A stretch of DNA of 64,000 nucleotides from Dendrobates tinctorius. Lineage: Eukaryota. This document shows positions 34,961-62,481 of this stretch, piece by piece. A model generated the notes under the pieces. That model was not told the origin of the DNA. It made no database searches and worked only from the letters and a program-made list of their open reading frames with translations. A program made the position numbers and the translations under genes. The stretch is taken from assembly GCF_039654945.1 (NCBI RefSeq), contig NW_027361677.1, positions 19,964,001 through 20,028,000 of the forward strand, given 5' to 3'. Each line of letters begins with the position of its first letter. Positions within the stretch are counted from its first letter, which is position 1.

Positions 34961-36854
34961 GGAGCCGGTCCCTCCAGTAGGAGGGAGACTAAAAAAATTT
35001 TTCCGAGAATGGGAGAAAATTACAGCTAGCCCTTGGGTCCTAGGCATTATCAAGGACGGGTTAAAAATAAGATTCCATCATGTACACCGTAATTCTTTGA
35101 TCATAACATCCTTCAGCTCACCAATCCAACAGCAGGCCCTGGAAGCTGAGATTCGGAATTTACTGGACAAAAAAGTTTTGGTCCATGTGCCTAAGGGGCA
35201 AGAAGGGAGAGGATTTTACTCCCCTCTCTTTCTGATATCTAAACCAGACGGATCGTTCCGGACAATAATCAACCTGAAAAAATTAAATTCATTCATAATA
35301 AATCATAAATTTAAGATGGAATCCATAAGATCCACGATTAAGCTCCTCTTCCCCAATTGTATGATGGCAGGCTTGGATCTGAAGGATGCTTATTATCATA
35401 TTCCCATCCATTCCAGATATCAGAAATACCTCAGAGTGGCGGTCCTTCTCGATGGCAAGATACAGCATCTCCAGTTCACAGCCATGCCATTCGGCATTTC
35501 CATCGCACCACGAGTATTTACAAAGGTGATGCTGGAAGTGATGGCTTTTTTACGCCAGAAGGACACACTAATAGTACCCTATCTGGATGATTTTCTGATA
35601 GTGGGAAATTCATCTCGACAATGTAGTGATCGAGTTGCTGATACAATCTTGTCCTTACAGGCCCTAGGGTGGATAATAAACTTCAAAAAGTCCAGAATCG
35701 AGCCGCAGTCTGTTCAGTCTTTCCTGGGTCTCGAGCTAGATTCCTTAAGCCAAAGGTGTCTGCTGTCGCAGGTAAAAATCTCAGCAATTAAAAAGGTTAA
35801 GATGGCGATACGTCGGCCACACATGTCTTTAAGGGAAGCAATGTCCCTTCTGGGATCCCTTACTGCCTGCATCCCGGCAGTTCAGTGGGCCCAGTTCCAC
35901 ACGAGGACGCTACAATACCAAATTCTTTTAGAGGAGTCCCGTGACCGAGGGAATCTGACAAAGAAAATCACGCTGTCCCAGGAGGTCCTAACCTCCCTTG
36001 CGTGGTGGCTAAAGGACGATAACCTAACGGCGGGAGTACCTTGGGTTATAACACCCTCCCGTATAATTATCACGGACGCTAGCCCCACAGGATGGGGAGC
36101 CTATATGGGGAATAACTTTGCCCAAGGCCTATGGGATATAGGTGAAGATAAGGATTCGTCAAATTTAAAAGAGCTAAAGGCAGTTTATCATGCATTATTT
36201 CATTTTCTTCCACAGTTACAAGGGGAGGACATGAGAATCCTTTCGGACAACACCACCGTAGTCGCTTATCTGAACAGACAAGGCGGAACTCGATTGGTCA
36301 CCTTAATGTCTTCCGCAAGAAGAATTTTATCCCTAGCAGAAGAACATTTGTTGTCTCTCTCAGCCCTCCACATAAGGGGAAGAGACAACGTGGAGGCAGA
36401 TTTCCTAAGCCGCCATACACTGCGGCAAGGGGAGTGGTGTCTAAACCGGGGAATATTCACACACATCGTGTCGCTTTGGGGTCTTCCCCAAATAGACCTC
36501 TTCGCCACCAGAAAAAACAGGCAAGTGAAGAGGTTCGCCTCTTCAAATGTGTCAGACAGTCCGGAAATTCTGGATGCCCTCCAGGCCCCGTGGCAATTCA
36601 AACTGGCATATGCGTTCCCACCAATCATACTACTACCGCAGGTGATCAGGAAAATCAGAGCAGAGGAAGCACGAATAATCCTAATACCACCATTCTGGCC
36701 CAGGAGGCCGTGGTTTTCATACCTGCAAGCGATGTCAGTAACAGATCCGTGGGTGCTTCCCTCAACCCCCAGGCTCCTCTCACAGGGACCTTTTTTCCAT
36801 CCTCAAGTGGGCAGTCTCCACTTGACTGCCTGGAACTTGAAAGGGAAATGTTGA
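34764..36854 (+). CDS. DIRS pol: reverse transcriptase, RNase H and methyltransferase-like domain; uninterrupted
   Basis: VGGRL, GFYSPLFL, DLKDAYYHIPI, MPFGISIAPRVFTK, YLDD, TDASPTGWGA, SDNTTVVAYLNRQGGT, IDLFA, YAFPP. Confidence 0.93.
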   Translation: MKSLRRQKKGKKDSLTLLSHFIGGRLGEDPSAGEDQRRIKTAGPQRKEKAKVPSLGDPPSAGTGTEEPVPPVGGRLKKFFREWEKITASPWVLGIIKDGLKIRFHHVHRNSLIITSFSSPIQQQALEAEIRNLLDKKVLVHVPKGQEGRGFYSPLFLISKPDGSFRTIINLKKLNSFIINHKFKMESIRSTIKLLFPNCMMAGLDLKDAYYHIPIHSRYQKYLRVAVLLDGKIQHLQFTAMPFGISIAPRVFTKVMLEVMAFLRQKDTLIVPYLDDFLIVGNSSRQCSDRVADTILSLQALGWIINFKKSRIEPQSVQSFLGLELDSLSQRCLLSQVKISAIKKVKMAIRRPHMSLREAMSLLGSLTACIPAVQWAQFHTRTLQYQILLEESRDRGNLTKKITLSQEVLTSLAWWLKDDNLTAGVPWVITPSRIIITDASPTGWGAYMGNNFAQGLWDIGEDKDSSNLKELKAVYHALFHFLPQLQGEDMRILSDNTTVVAYLNRQGGTRLVTLMSSARRILSLAEEHLLSLSALHIRGRDNVEADFLSRHTLRQGEWCLNRGIFTHIVSLWGLPQIDLFATRKNRQVKRFASSNVSDSPEILDALQAPWQFKLAYAFPPIILLPQVIRKIRAEEARIILIPPFWPRRPWFSYLQAMSVTDPWVLPSTPRLLSQGPFFHPQVGSLHLTAWNLKGKC

Positions 36855-37867
36855 GATCAAGAGGGTTCTCGGAGGGACTAGTCAATACACTCCTACAAAG
36901 TCGGAAAATAACAACGACGAGAATTTATACCAGAGTATGGAGAAAATTCCTAGAGTCCCACACAAGGCCTGAGTCTGGAGGAATCCTGATTACGGCGATC
37001 CTAGAGTTCCTACAGAAAGGAAAGGAATTAGGGCTAGCTGTCAACACACTAAAAGTTCAGGTGTCAGCTCTAGGGACCCTCTATAGCTATAATGTGGCAG
37101 GCAATAAATGGATAAGCAGATTCATCGCGGTATGTGAGCGGAGCGAGCCAGTACACATACCTAGAGTCCCTCCTTGGGATCTGAACCTGGTTCTGTAGGC
37201 CTTAACACGTCCGCCTTTTGAATCCTTAGATTCAATTTCCCTTAAACACCTATCCTTCAAAACAGCACTGCTAGTTGCACTAACCTCAGCCAGAAGAGTT
37301 AGTGACATACAGGCACTTTCAATAGATCCCCCTTTTTTAGTGACGTTACAGGATCAGCTAATATTAAAACCAGATCCCTCATACTTACCAAAAGTAGCAG
37401 GGAGGTTTCATAGGTCACAAGAAATCCATCTCCCTTCATTTTTTAGTAACCCTTCTACTCCAGAGGAAGAAAGATTCCATACACTAGACGTTAGAAGAGC
37501 AGTATTACAATACATTGAAAGGTCTAGCAGCTGGAGGAAGAGTAGGGCTCTATTTGTTTCTTTTCAGGGCCAAAAGAAGGGATGTGACGTTACAAGGGGT
37601 ACCCTGTCTCGTTGGATCAGAGACGCGATTGGGCTGGCATACTCAGAGAGCAATGAGAATCCTCCGGAGGTTATCAGAGTACATTCAGCCAGAGCTATGG
37701 CTTCCTCTTGGGCAGAAAGGGGAGACGTCGCAATCGAATCTATATGTAAGGCGGCAACCTGGTCTACACCCTCTACTTTTTATAATCACTATAGGCTTGA
37801 TTTATCATGCTCATCTAACCTAGCCTTTGGTAGAGCGGTCCTCGGCACGGTGGTCCCTCCCAGGTGA
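36434..37867 (+). pseudogene. DIRS tyrosine recombinase with a single in-frame TAG at 37196-37198
   Basis: ORFs 36434-37198 and 37340-37867 are in the same frame; motifs PPWDLNLVL, SARRVSDIQAL, LDVRRA, HSAR, ATWS and FYNHY are present. Confidence 0.9.
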
Positions 37868-38335
37868 AGGTCTCTGAAAGTCTCTCCAAGTGGGTGCTGT
37901 CGTGGCGAAGGGTAAAAAGCCGGATTACTTACCGGTAATGCTCTTTTAATGAGTCCACGACAGCACCCGTTCACTAACCCTCCCTAGAAGTTAACATAAT
38001 GTATATACACCTTCTTAGTTGTGAAGTTAATAACTTAGAATAATTGGATAATATAATGGCCTAATATTTAGCGGTCCTCCTGGTACTCTGAAATCCAACT
38101 GAGGGGGAGAGGTGGACCGCCCTCTTTTATCTCTGTAGGTTTCCTGTTCCTATGGGCGGATCCCTCTCTCCAAGTGGGTGCTGTCGTGGACTCATTAAAA
38201 GAGCATTACCGGTAAGTAATCCGGCTTTTCGCTGCTCAAGCCAGCACATGTCCAGGCTCGGTTGAAGTTCGCCAATGACCATCTGGATGATCCAGAGGAG
38301 GTATAGGGGAAGGTCATGTGGTCAGATGACACCAA

Positions 38336-41300
38336 AAACAGAGATTAGACCTACCGGTAATGTTATTTCCAGGAGTCCATCCTGACAGCACCATGGGGTT
38401 GTCCTTCCTTCATCACAGGGACAGGAAATGCACGAGAGGTTAAAAGGTCCCTTCCCACTCTCAGACTCCAGTGATTTTCCAAGTACCACACCAGTATGGA
38501 TGCAATTAATATTTATTTAGATTTAGTACAAGCATATTACCAATACAAATCGGGAGGGAACTACCAGTGCTGTCAGGATGGACTCCTGGAAATAACATTA
38601 CCGGTAGGTCTAATCTGTTTTCCAGGACGTCCTATCCTGACAGCACCATGGGGAATACCAAAGTAGGAATTCACTTTGGGTGGGACTACTGCTTTTAGCA
38701 TCTTACGACCAACCGAAGGTCGTCTGGCTAGCTGCTACCGTGTCCAATTTGTAGTGTCTACAGAAAGTGTCTAGTGTAGACTAAGTGGCGGCCCAGTATA
38801 GATGCTCTACTGAGGCTCCCGCCTTCTCTGCCCATGACGTTGCTATCGCCGTAGTGGAATGAGCTCTAAGCTCCTTGGTAGGTAATCCCTCAGTGTTGTA
38901 TGCTGAGGAGATAATTGACTTATCCACCCTGCCAGGGTGTGCGTAGATGCACCTTTATCTTATTCTACCATTGTATTAGATAAACAATTCTATGTCCTGT
39001 AGCCACTCCTTTGTGGCCTCTAAGTAGCATGTGACCGCTCGTCTGACGACAAATGAGTGAAAGAATCTTACTCCGTTTTCCGTGAATGGCAGAATGAGGG
39101 TAGGACTATCTCCTGGTTTAAATTCTGGGGAGATACTACCTTAGGGAGGAATCCTGGGTTCCGTTTTAGTATTATGCAATCGTTGAATGTAGAAGTTCTG
39201 GACTGACAGGGCCTGGCTTTTACCCAGCCGCTTGGCTGAGGAGATCTATACCAAAAGGACGTTTTTTTCTTTTTTTTTGGTAAGTCTTGTGACATTTATC
39301 TCTGATATTGGCTCGTATGGGGGTCTGCGTAGAGCGGTAAGTACCAGATTTAGGTCCCCCAGAGCACTGTGGGTAATCTCTGTATGGCCTTTGTAAAACG
39401 AGCCATCCCTGGATGAGAGGCCAAGGTGAATTAAAGTACTCCAAGCTCCTCTCTGAACTTCCAATGTGCTTTGGACTCAGACCTTTATTAAATCCTGCCT
39501 GGGGATAGTCAAGGATTTGAGAGATATCTGGGCGAGATGAATCTAAGGGGATACTACCACCTTCTGAGCAGAACTTCTCCCAGATTTATGATAGATTGCC
39601 CTCGTAACGGGCTTACAGCTGGTCTGCATCATTGAGATCACTTTGTCGGAGAGACCTCTGGATCTTAAGATCACTCTCTCAGGATCCATGCTGCCGACTG
39701 TAGGTTCCCCAGATTTGGGTGCCGAACTGGGCCTTGGGAAAGTAGAGCTTCAGGCGTTGGTAGATGGCGCGGTCCTTCCTGAGCCGTCTTCTTCCAGAGG
39801 TGGAGCCAACGTCGCCTGGGCCCGAAGAGTAATACTAGGGTCACTCGCCTTTTCCCTGGATCTTTCTGAGGCCTCTCGGTATTATAGGAATAGGGGGAAG
39901 CCATAAAGCAGTCCCCCACTCAATCTCTGATTCAAGGAGTAGACCCCTTTTTTGGATGGTCTGCTGGACCGAGAGAAGAATATCTTTAGCTTGTTCTTCC
40001 TTGTCGCGAAGAGGTTTAGCTGAGGGTTTCCCCACTGATGGTGTAAGCCTATGAATGTCTCCTTATTCACTTCCCACTCGGTGGCTCAGACTTCTTGTCT
40101 GTTCAAATAGTCGGCTATGTTGTTCCTGGGCCATGCAGGTGTATCACTGATATGGAGCGAACCCTGTTCTCTGCCCAGGTGAAGATGTGGGCTGCCAGGT
40201 CCTGAAGCTTTCCCCCTGGTGGCGTAGGAAAGATACTGCGGTTACAATGTTTGACCTGGCTTTCCTAAGTTGGCCCTGTGGACTCGACCGGCTTCATTTA
40301 AGTGTCTCCCAACTGCTCGTAGCTCTCTGTAGTTTGAGGACTGTGAACTGAAGCTTCCCGGCCATGTCCTTGAAAGTACCTTCCAGATGGGCCCCCCTTT
40401 CCTGCTGGCATCCGTGATGATAGTCTTGTATGGTGATAGGATCCGAGGTCACCCAGGGCTGATGGATCTTGTGACCGGTTCCCTGCCTCGGAGATGATTT
40501 TAGGGCTGGGGACGGTCGAGTCTCTTTGTCCAGAGCGGTCTGCTGTTGTCCTATTTGACTGAATTTCCTTGTAGACTCCTGTGTGAGCCTGGTTCCACTT
40601 TACGCAGGGTATGCCTGCTGTCAGGGTCTCTAGGACCTTTAGTGCAGTCTTTTGGATATTTGATCTCGCCATAGCTGACGAACCCTGTTCCTGATGGCCT
40701 CCTTTCCTTCTTCCGATAAACAAGATTCTTGTTTTGAGATCTATCAAGACTCCCAAGAATTTTTCCCGGGTACCGGCCTGCATTGTTCAGGATCCAAACC
40801 TAGGTTTCCGGGCGTGGCGATTACCCCGTCGAGTTGTTTTCTTAGCTCTGATGCTGAGAAAGTCCTACAGGTGTGGCAGAATGGTTATACTGCCTCTTAA
40901 GTGTGCCCTGATCTTGGCGATCGGCTTCGTAAACCCCGGGTGCTAAAGCTAGGTCGAAAGGCAGAGCCTGAAACTAAAATGGTAGTATCCGCTTCCCATT
41001 TCCAGTGCGAACCGCAGGAACCTCTGAGGGTGAGGGTGGATGGGAACGTGATAGTATGCGCTTCTGGATCTATTGTGCCTGTTGTGGCGATCTGATCTAT
41101 TCGGGAAATGGTGGTTTCAGGACTCCATTCGAAATTTTGTATCGGATCCCTTGGTTTAGTGGTTCTAAATTATAATGGTCCGGCTCCACCAGAGGTGTTC
41201 CTAGAACCGGGACCATTACTTCTTATCTTAGATCTATTACGTCTGCCCATATATTGTCTATAAGGGTTTTGGGCTGGGATTCGTAACTACAAACCGTGCT

Positions 41301-42100
41301 GGGGGGGTTATAAATTTGCGGGTATAGCACTGGGAACCTGTATTCAGGATCCACTGGTTCTGGGGGATGAGCCCTTGGTTCCAGGAAGTGTTTTGAGGCG
41401 CCACCCACCCAGTATGGTGTCACTGCCTGTTGAGGACCTTTGTCCTGAGCGAGAAGGGGGATCCTACTCTTCCCCCCTTTTGGTGATACCAGCGAGTCAA
41501 TTTACCCTCTTTCTATCTTCCTGCCTTTGGAAAGGACGGGACCTCTGAAGGGAAAACCTTTGCTTTCCCACGGGACCGTTTTTTAATGTCAGTGGCATTC
41601 TTCCGTGTTGTATCTAAGACCGGTCCAACTACGTTCCTGTCTGAAAAGGTATGGCACCTAACTTATTTTTCAACTGGTAAACCCCTGACCAGATCTTCAT
41701 CCATAAGGCCTGGCGAGCCGTTTTGGGTAAAGAATTATTCCTAGCCGCAAACACACCGGTACGGCCGAAGCGTCCAACAGGAATTCAGCTGCAACTCTTC
41801 CAGGGAAAGGTCCTCTAAGAAATCACTTCTAGGGGTTTCCCCCTGTAACTTGTCGGACCTCAGAGCATGGGCTTGTCTCCCATTCAGGTCCCAGCCCACG
41901 CTCACGCCCAGCCTAGAATGGCTGGTAACTTCTCTTGGATGCCGCGGCTATCTTCCTCTGCGGCGCTCTCGTGTCTGTCCTTACAGGGACATGAAAAACA
42001 CTGGAGTCTGAGGGGACCTTTTAACCTCTTGTGCATTTCCTGTCCCTGTGATGAAGGAAGGACAACCCCATGGTGCTGTCAGGATAGGACGTCATGGAAA
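38336..42100 (-). mobile_element. Second DIRS1-type element (different family), degenerate and internally deleted
   Basis: ITRs ATCCTGACAGCACCATGGGGTTGTCC... at about 38379-38473 and inverted at about 41996-42100; ICR at about 38567-38652. Frameshifted RT/RH/MT/YR fragments (NLFATRKN, DLNLVLTAL, FLPKVVS). Confidence 0.9.
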
Positions 42101-45100
42101 TAGAACTTTTTGGTATCAACTCCACGCGCCGTGTTTGGAGAAAGAAGGACAAAAGTACAACCCCAAGAACACCGTCCCAAACTTGAAGCATGGTGAGGGA
42201 AACATCACTTTGGGGGTGCTTTTCTGCACTAGGACAAGACAACTGCGTCGTATTTAAGGCAGGATGGATGAGATCATGTATCGTGAGATTCTGGCCAACA
42301 ACCTCCTTCCCTCAGTAGGAGCATTGAAGATGGGTCGTGGCTGGGTCTTCCAGCATGACAATGACCCAAAACACACAGCCAGGGCAACTAAGGCGTGGCT
42401 CTGTAAGAACCATCTCACGGTCCTGGAGTGGCCTAGCCTGTCTCCAGACCTGAAACCAAATTTTTGTTTGGAGGGAGCTGAAACTCAATGTTGCCCAGCG
42501 ACAGCTCCGAAACCTGATAGATCTAGAGAAGATCTGTATGGAGGAGTGGGCTAAAATCCCTGCTGCAGTGTGTGCAAACTTGGTCAAGAATTACAGGAAA
42601 CGTCTGACCTCTGTAATTGCAAACAAAGGTTTATATAACAAATAATAAGTTCTGTTTTTCTATTGTATCAAATACTTATTTCATGGAATAAATTGCTAAT
42701 TATATATAAATCCTACAATGTGCTCTACTGGTTTTTATTTAGATTCTGTCTCTCAAAGGTGAAGTGTACCTGCGATAAAAATTACAGACCACTCCATTTT
42801 TTGCAGGTGGGAAAACCTGTAAAATCATCAGTTTATCAAATGCTTCTTTTCTCCACTGTAAATATTTCTAGATAATTATATTTTCAATAAATAAGTGTAT
42901 TTTATATATATATCTATGAATCACACAATTTCATCCATGAGATCCACAGTGGGGGGGGGGGTATGCAGTGTAAAGGACTGACGTGCACATTTATTAAGAC
43001 AGCCATGAGTAGATCCACCCAGTCTGTTCACAAAACCACAAGTAGACAACAGAACGATTAGGAAATCTGTTGCAGACGCATGTGATGTACATGTACCTTG
43101 TGGTATTTACTGTGGCAATGTTTTAGGAAATGAACCAACATCCTGGGAAGCGTCAGGCTGATATATCAGATTCAGCACACGCACTTTATAAATGGTTCCT
43201 GAACTTGTTTTTCGAGGACATAACGTTTTTAACAGCCGACTCATCACCAGATTTCAGTCAGCATAACATTATCTTAGACCTGTTGAGGCTGATGTATTTA
43301 CCTTTAAAATCCATATTTTTTTTGCATAGACGTGTCTAAGATGTTGGCAGGTAGGAAGCTGCTCACAGGACTACTGGTTGGCTGATACTGATGTGAAAAC
43401 TTGAAAATCTATTCACTCATCTCTACTCACAAGTGCAATTGTATTCAGTCTTTGCCCAGTCTGATAGCTGCAGCTTGTACTAAGCATTGAGAGACTTCAC
43501 CAGGAAGCAGGGACCCTGAGGAGCCAGCAATCAGGCCAGGTGGGGAAGAGAGTAAGTTAAACTTTTACAGACGATTATACAGCCTTTCTGAGATGGATTT
43601 TCAGAGTAAACATCACTTATCAGGTCCAAGATCCATGTAATGTTATGCAGTGTGCATCATGAAGGTTACACACAGATTTACTATACCAACATTTTTACCA
43701 CTGCAGGCCAGAGGGAGAGAATGAGTTACATGCAACACTATGGACTGCAGAGGTCACCCAGACCCCCCCACCAAATCAGTTGTACGGCTGCAACTACTGA
43801 AGCAACACATCAGCCCCATTCAGGGTAATCTACTATAACGGAGACATCCACGTGTGGTGTGTATCAGGTACTGTAGTAAAGGGGGCGGTCGTGCTCCAGT
43901 AAACTAGTATGGTTTGAGTATTCAGACCTTGCTCCTCCAAATTTATGGGCCCACCCTAAGGAAGGTGCAGTCATTTGTGCATAGTTTCTTCACTTACTGG
44001 CACCTGTGTCCGCAACCTTCTAACATGTTAACATAAATCTAATACCAGACAGGTAAGAATTACCAGAATTTATTTGGAAACGTAAATACAAACATTTCTT
44101 TACAGATAAATTACACCCAAGAACAAAAAGACAGTGGAAAAAAACAGAGGCAAATTGGTAAAAAGGAAAAAAAAAAAATAATGCACCAAATTTACATTTG
44201 GGAAAAAGTATGCTGGGAGAAGAGGTGGCACAAACCATATGGGGGAAGAGCAGGACCAACTGGATATCAGAGGGAAAGAAGGGCTACGGTACTTTATTCC
44301 AAAAATAGCACCTTTTCTTTCTGCAGGATGTAGATAGTATAGCAGTTCAGTCCTAAAAAAATAAAACAAGCTGCAAAACCAGACACAACCTGTAGGCGGG
44401 TGTGACACTGCTAGTAAAAGAAAGCAGCCATGTTTTTCTAACCCTGGACATTTCCTCTAATTATTTGCATTGGGCACCAACCACTGGGAAAACATAAGCA
44501 GGGGCCATATGTAGTGTTGTTTTATAGGACATATCCCCTGAAAGAGAGAATACCTGTAAAACAGAAATTCCTGAGTTTCTGCTTGTGTGAAGTAAGTTTT
44601 GAGAAAATGATCGACTAAAAAAAAATATAAATAAATATAAGGTTTGCGGGACCCTGATCAAGGGGACACGGTGGTGGTTTATGGCACCCGGAGCACTCCC
44701 ACCTGTGACAGTCTTGTGCCTCTTATCATTAGTAGGTCCCCCTGATGTCATGCATCTCGGTCTACTAATCAGGAGGGCCAGAAATGCCGGCAGGTAGGAG
44801 GGCTCTAGTTTGGAGGTCACAACTCCTGCAAGTAACCAGTATGGCCACTATTCCAACTTCCACAGCAATCAGAAAAAGCTGACGAGAACCATGATTACTA
44901 ATAATTTTTATGTAAATTTCAGGGGGAGATGTCTTTTATGAAGCAAATGGCACATCCCACCTGCATCACCACCTGGATATGTATGAAGGCCTTAATGGTC
45001 CTATGAACTACCACAGCGAGCATGGCATTGCCCCCAGCATATTAAAGGTTAACAGGCACAAGACATAAACCCATTCTGCACAAGAGGTTAGAGCAATAAG

Positions 45101-45701
45101 CAGACAAGCCCACACGGGTGCAAGTTTAGGATTCGGGGATCATACCCTGCTTCACAATTATTACAAAAGCACATATACAGTCATTACGTTTACAACCTCA
45201 CACAGACTTTTTGATCTTGTGAGAGAACGCGAGTATGGGGAGAGATGTAACAACGGGCACTGTATTGTGTCTCTGGCACATATAGAATATGGATAGGTCT
45301 TCTTTTAGGATGTAAGGGCAGCAAGTAAAATACAAGCTTTAGTGTGGGAGGAAGCACTTAATATAGAGCCATTTCTGAGATCTCCCCAGATGTGATTATC
45401 AGCGGCCGGTGCGTCCCCTGATCACTAAAATTCTCTAATTCCCAGCAAGGCGTCAGGAAGAATAAGAGAAAAATATATTTCTATATTATCCCTCCATATG
45501 AAATGCTAATCCTGGGCTGAAATCCATGCATCGAGGCCACCGACATGGCGGCTTCAGCTTCTGAGACTGCTGAGAAACTAAAAAGGCATTAGCAGCGCAA
45601 TCTCGGGGGCCCAAGATTCTCCTATTAATTATTGGTGAAGGCCACATGTGATAAAGTGACCCCAGTGTACCCCAGGCAGGAGAGGGCAAAGCAGCGAGAC
45701 T

Positions 45702-52394
<6,693 letters not shown>

Positions 52395-52429
52395 CCCGAG
52401 CTCCTCTCGCCGCAGCAGCAGAACACCAG

Positions 52430-52615
52430 CGACACTTCCGGGTTCTGTCAGCTGCGCTCCCTCCCAACTCGCGCGATGAGATGACGTCACTCGCTTCCAG
52501 GGACTTGGTCACGTGAGCTCAGCTTCCCGACAACGGATCACATGACCTGCCTCATAGTCACGTGGTCACAGCCTGAGCCACTTCAGGGCCTGGTAATTAC
52601 GTATGACGTCACCAA
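52430..52615 (-). promoter_or_regulatory. CHMP1A proximal promoter: ETS, two CREs and CLEAR/E-box motifs
   Basis: ACTTCCGG at about 52434; TGACGTCA at 52482 and 52604; GTCACGTG at 52508 and 52557. Confidence 0.6.
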
Positions 52616-52624
52616 GCGACATTT

Positions 52625-52822
52625 ATGGGGCCCTCACACTCTGAGGGGCCCCTCACTGCCCCAGGGGCCCATTCATAGCCACAGGGGCCCTCATACTCGC
52701 AGGGGCCCATTCATAGCCACAGGGGCCCATTCACAGCCACAGGGGCCCTCATACTCCCAGGGGCCCATTCACAGCCACAGGGGCCCTCATACTCCCAGGG
52801 GCCCCTCACTGCCCCAGGGGCC
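52625..52822. repeat. Minisatellite of about 20 bp (CAGGGGCCC core)
   Basis: Alternating CACAGGGGCCCTCATACTCC and CAGGGGCCCATTCACAGC units. Confidence 0.8.
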
Positions 52823-54342
52823 ACTCTTCTGTCACCATTTTTCCTTTTCACCGTCTTGTGGCTGTACAGTTGTATCCGGGGCTTTTTCTCTCCCACACGC
52901 GCAGGATTTTCTATTGCCACCATTTTGGGGTCCGCACGACGTTCTCATCTATTTTAATTCCAGTTTTTTTTTTTTTACCAAAAATTTTCATTTCTGCCAT
53001 TTTTCGTCCGTTTCGGCGTGCACCGTAATCTCTCACTATTTTGGATGTGTCCGCACGCTGCGATAACAAATATGCCATTTTTTAAAATATTTTATTAGTT
53101 TTCCAGGAACACCGGCACTGGTAAAGCCCCAAACAAAACAGGGGGACCCCGGTATATAACACGACCGGCCTCTCCTGGAGTATCAGTCACCAATGGGTGT
53201 CGGACGGTCGCCTTCCGCTCAGTCGGCAGTGGCGTCTCTCCTCGCCTAATATCAGATGGGGCAGTAATGTACGACTACACAGGGACTGAGCTGCAGTACC
53301 GCATACAGCCTCATGGACACAAGTGGCGCTGTGCACTGAAGGTGCTGCAGACAGGGGGACACATCTGTGCACCAGTCACATCAATGTAAAACCCAGCTAA
53401 AAGGCAATCGTGAAATAATTGTGGGATTCTGAAGGAATCCTGGCACGCAGGGGGCTACTGGAGACCTTCATGTGTCGGCCATGGGTGCACATCAGCCACT
53501 GGCTGGGCTTCATAGGAGACTGATATTACAATACTTGATCATAGTAATAAATCAGATTCAGGTCCCCAATGGGGGGGACCAACAAGAAATAAAAAATATA
53601 TATATTAAAATATTATTATATAGTTCTTATTATATAATTATAGATATAAATATATTAAAAATGGTAAATTTCACCTCGAAAAATAGAAAAAAATCTAAAA
53701 AAACAAAAACATTTGGTCTCGTCGTGTGCATCTCCCTCTCCGGACTAATAGAAGTGAACGCCAAAGCGAAAAATTAGAAACGACAGAAACACTGTTTTTT
53801 TTTTTTTATTTCTTTGCCTCCTGAAAACTAGATTAAAAAAAGATCAGAAAGTTATATGGAGGCAAAACAGCAAGAATAAAAACTGCAGCTTGTACCGGAG
53901 AGACCTGGATACAGCCGTATGGACCGGAAAATGACACCGTTATATGGCCCGATGATCAGGTTTGGACATGTTTTGCAATTTTTAGTGTTTTTCGTCTGTT
54001 TTTCATTAGCGCCAATTCTTTTATTCTATATTTATATTTAATTTTCTCCATATATGTTGGGCAGCTTATTCATCGTTTGCCACTTTTAAAAGAGTCATGC
54101 AATTTGTTGCAAATTTACACCACCCCCTGCTTTTATTTTGACTGTTTTCGCTCTAAAAACTTGCAAAAACAAAATTCATTACCCCCTGTGCACCATTTTG
54201 AAGAATATGGCTCCAAAGTGTTAGTATATGGTATCTATAAATAAACACTATCACATATTATATACAGCCACGCTCCCACCAGTGTCCCCCAGTAGATGCA
54301 CTGGTTGCTGCTTTCTTCCAGTGCCCCTGTAATTACTACTTG

Positions 54343-54361
54343 CAGCCACCAGAGGGCGCTC
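54343..54361 (+). promoter_or_regulatory. CTCF consensus site upstream of CDK10 exon 1
   Basis: CAGCCACCAGAGGGCGCTC matches CCASYAGRKGGCRS. Confidence 0.55.
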
Positions 54362-54455
54362 GCATTCCATCTCTTCCTTACTTCCCGGAGCGCACAGGCC
54401 GCAGAGCCTCGGACTTTCCTGCAGGCCCGAACCGTGTAAGCTCGTTCCGTGCACA

Positions 54456-62481
<8,026 letters not shown>

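Larger units (their letters stand above)
32812..38229 (+). mobile_element. Full-length DIRS1-type tyrosine-recombinase retrotransposon
   Basis: Left ITR at about 32812-32918, right ITR at about 38095-38189 plus 3' extension to 38229, ICR at about 37883-37968 complementary to both ends, TTT termini with no TSD, overlapping gag/pol/YR ORFs. Confidence 0.96.
32605..42858 (+). mobile_element. Old Tc1-like transposon split into three pieces (about 32605-32811, 38230-38335, 42101-42858) by two DIRS insertions
   Basis: The pieces join into one transposase: [21 protein letters not shown]... / LLKPAHVQARLKFANDHLDDPEE...WSDDTK / IELFGINST...[13 protein letters not shown]. The right TIR ends CCACTG-TA. 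Confidence 0.85.
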
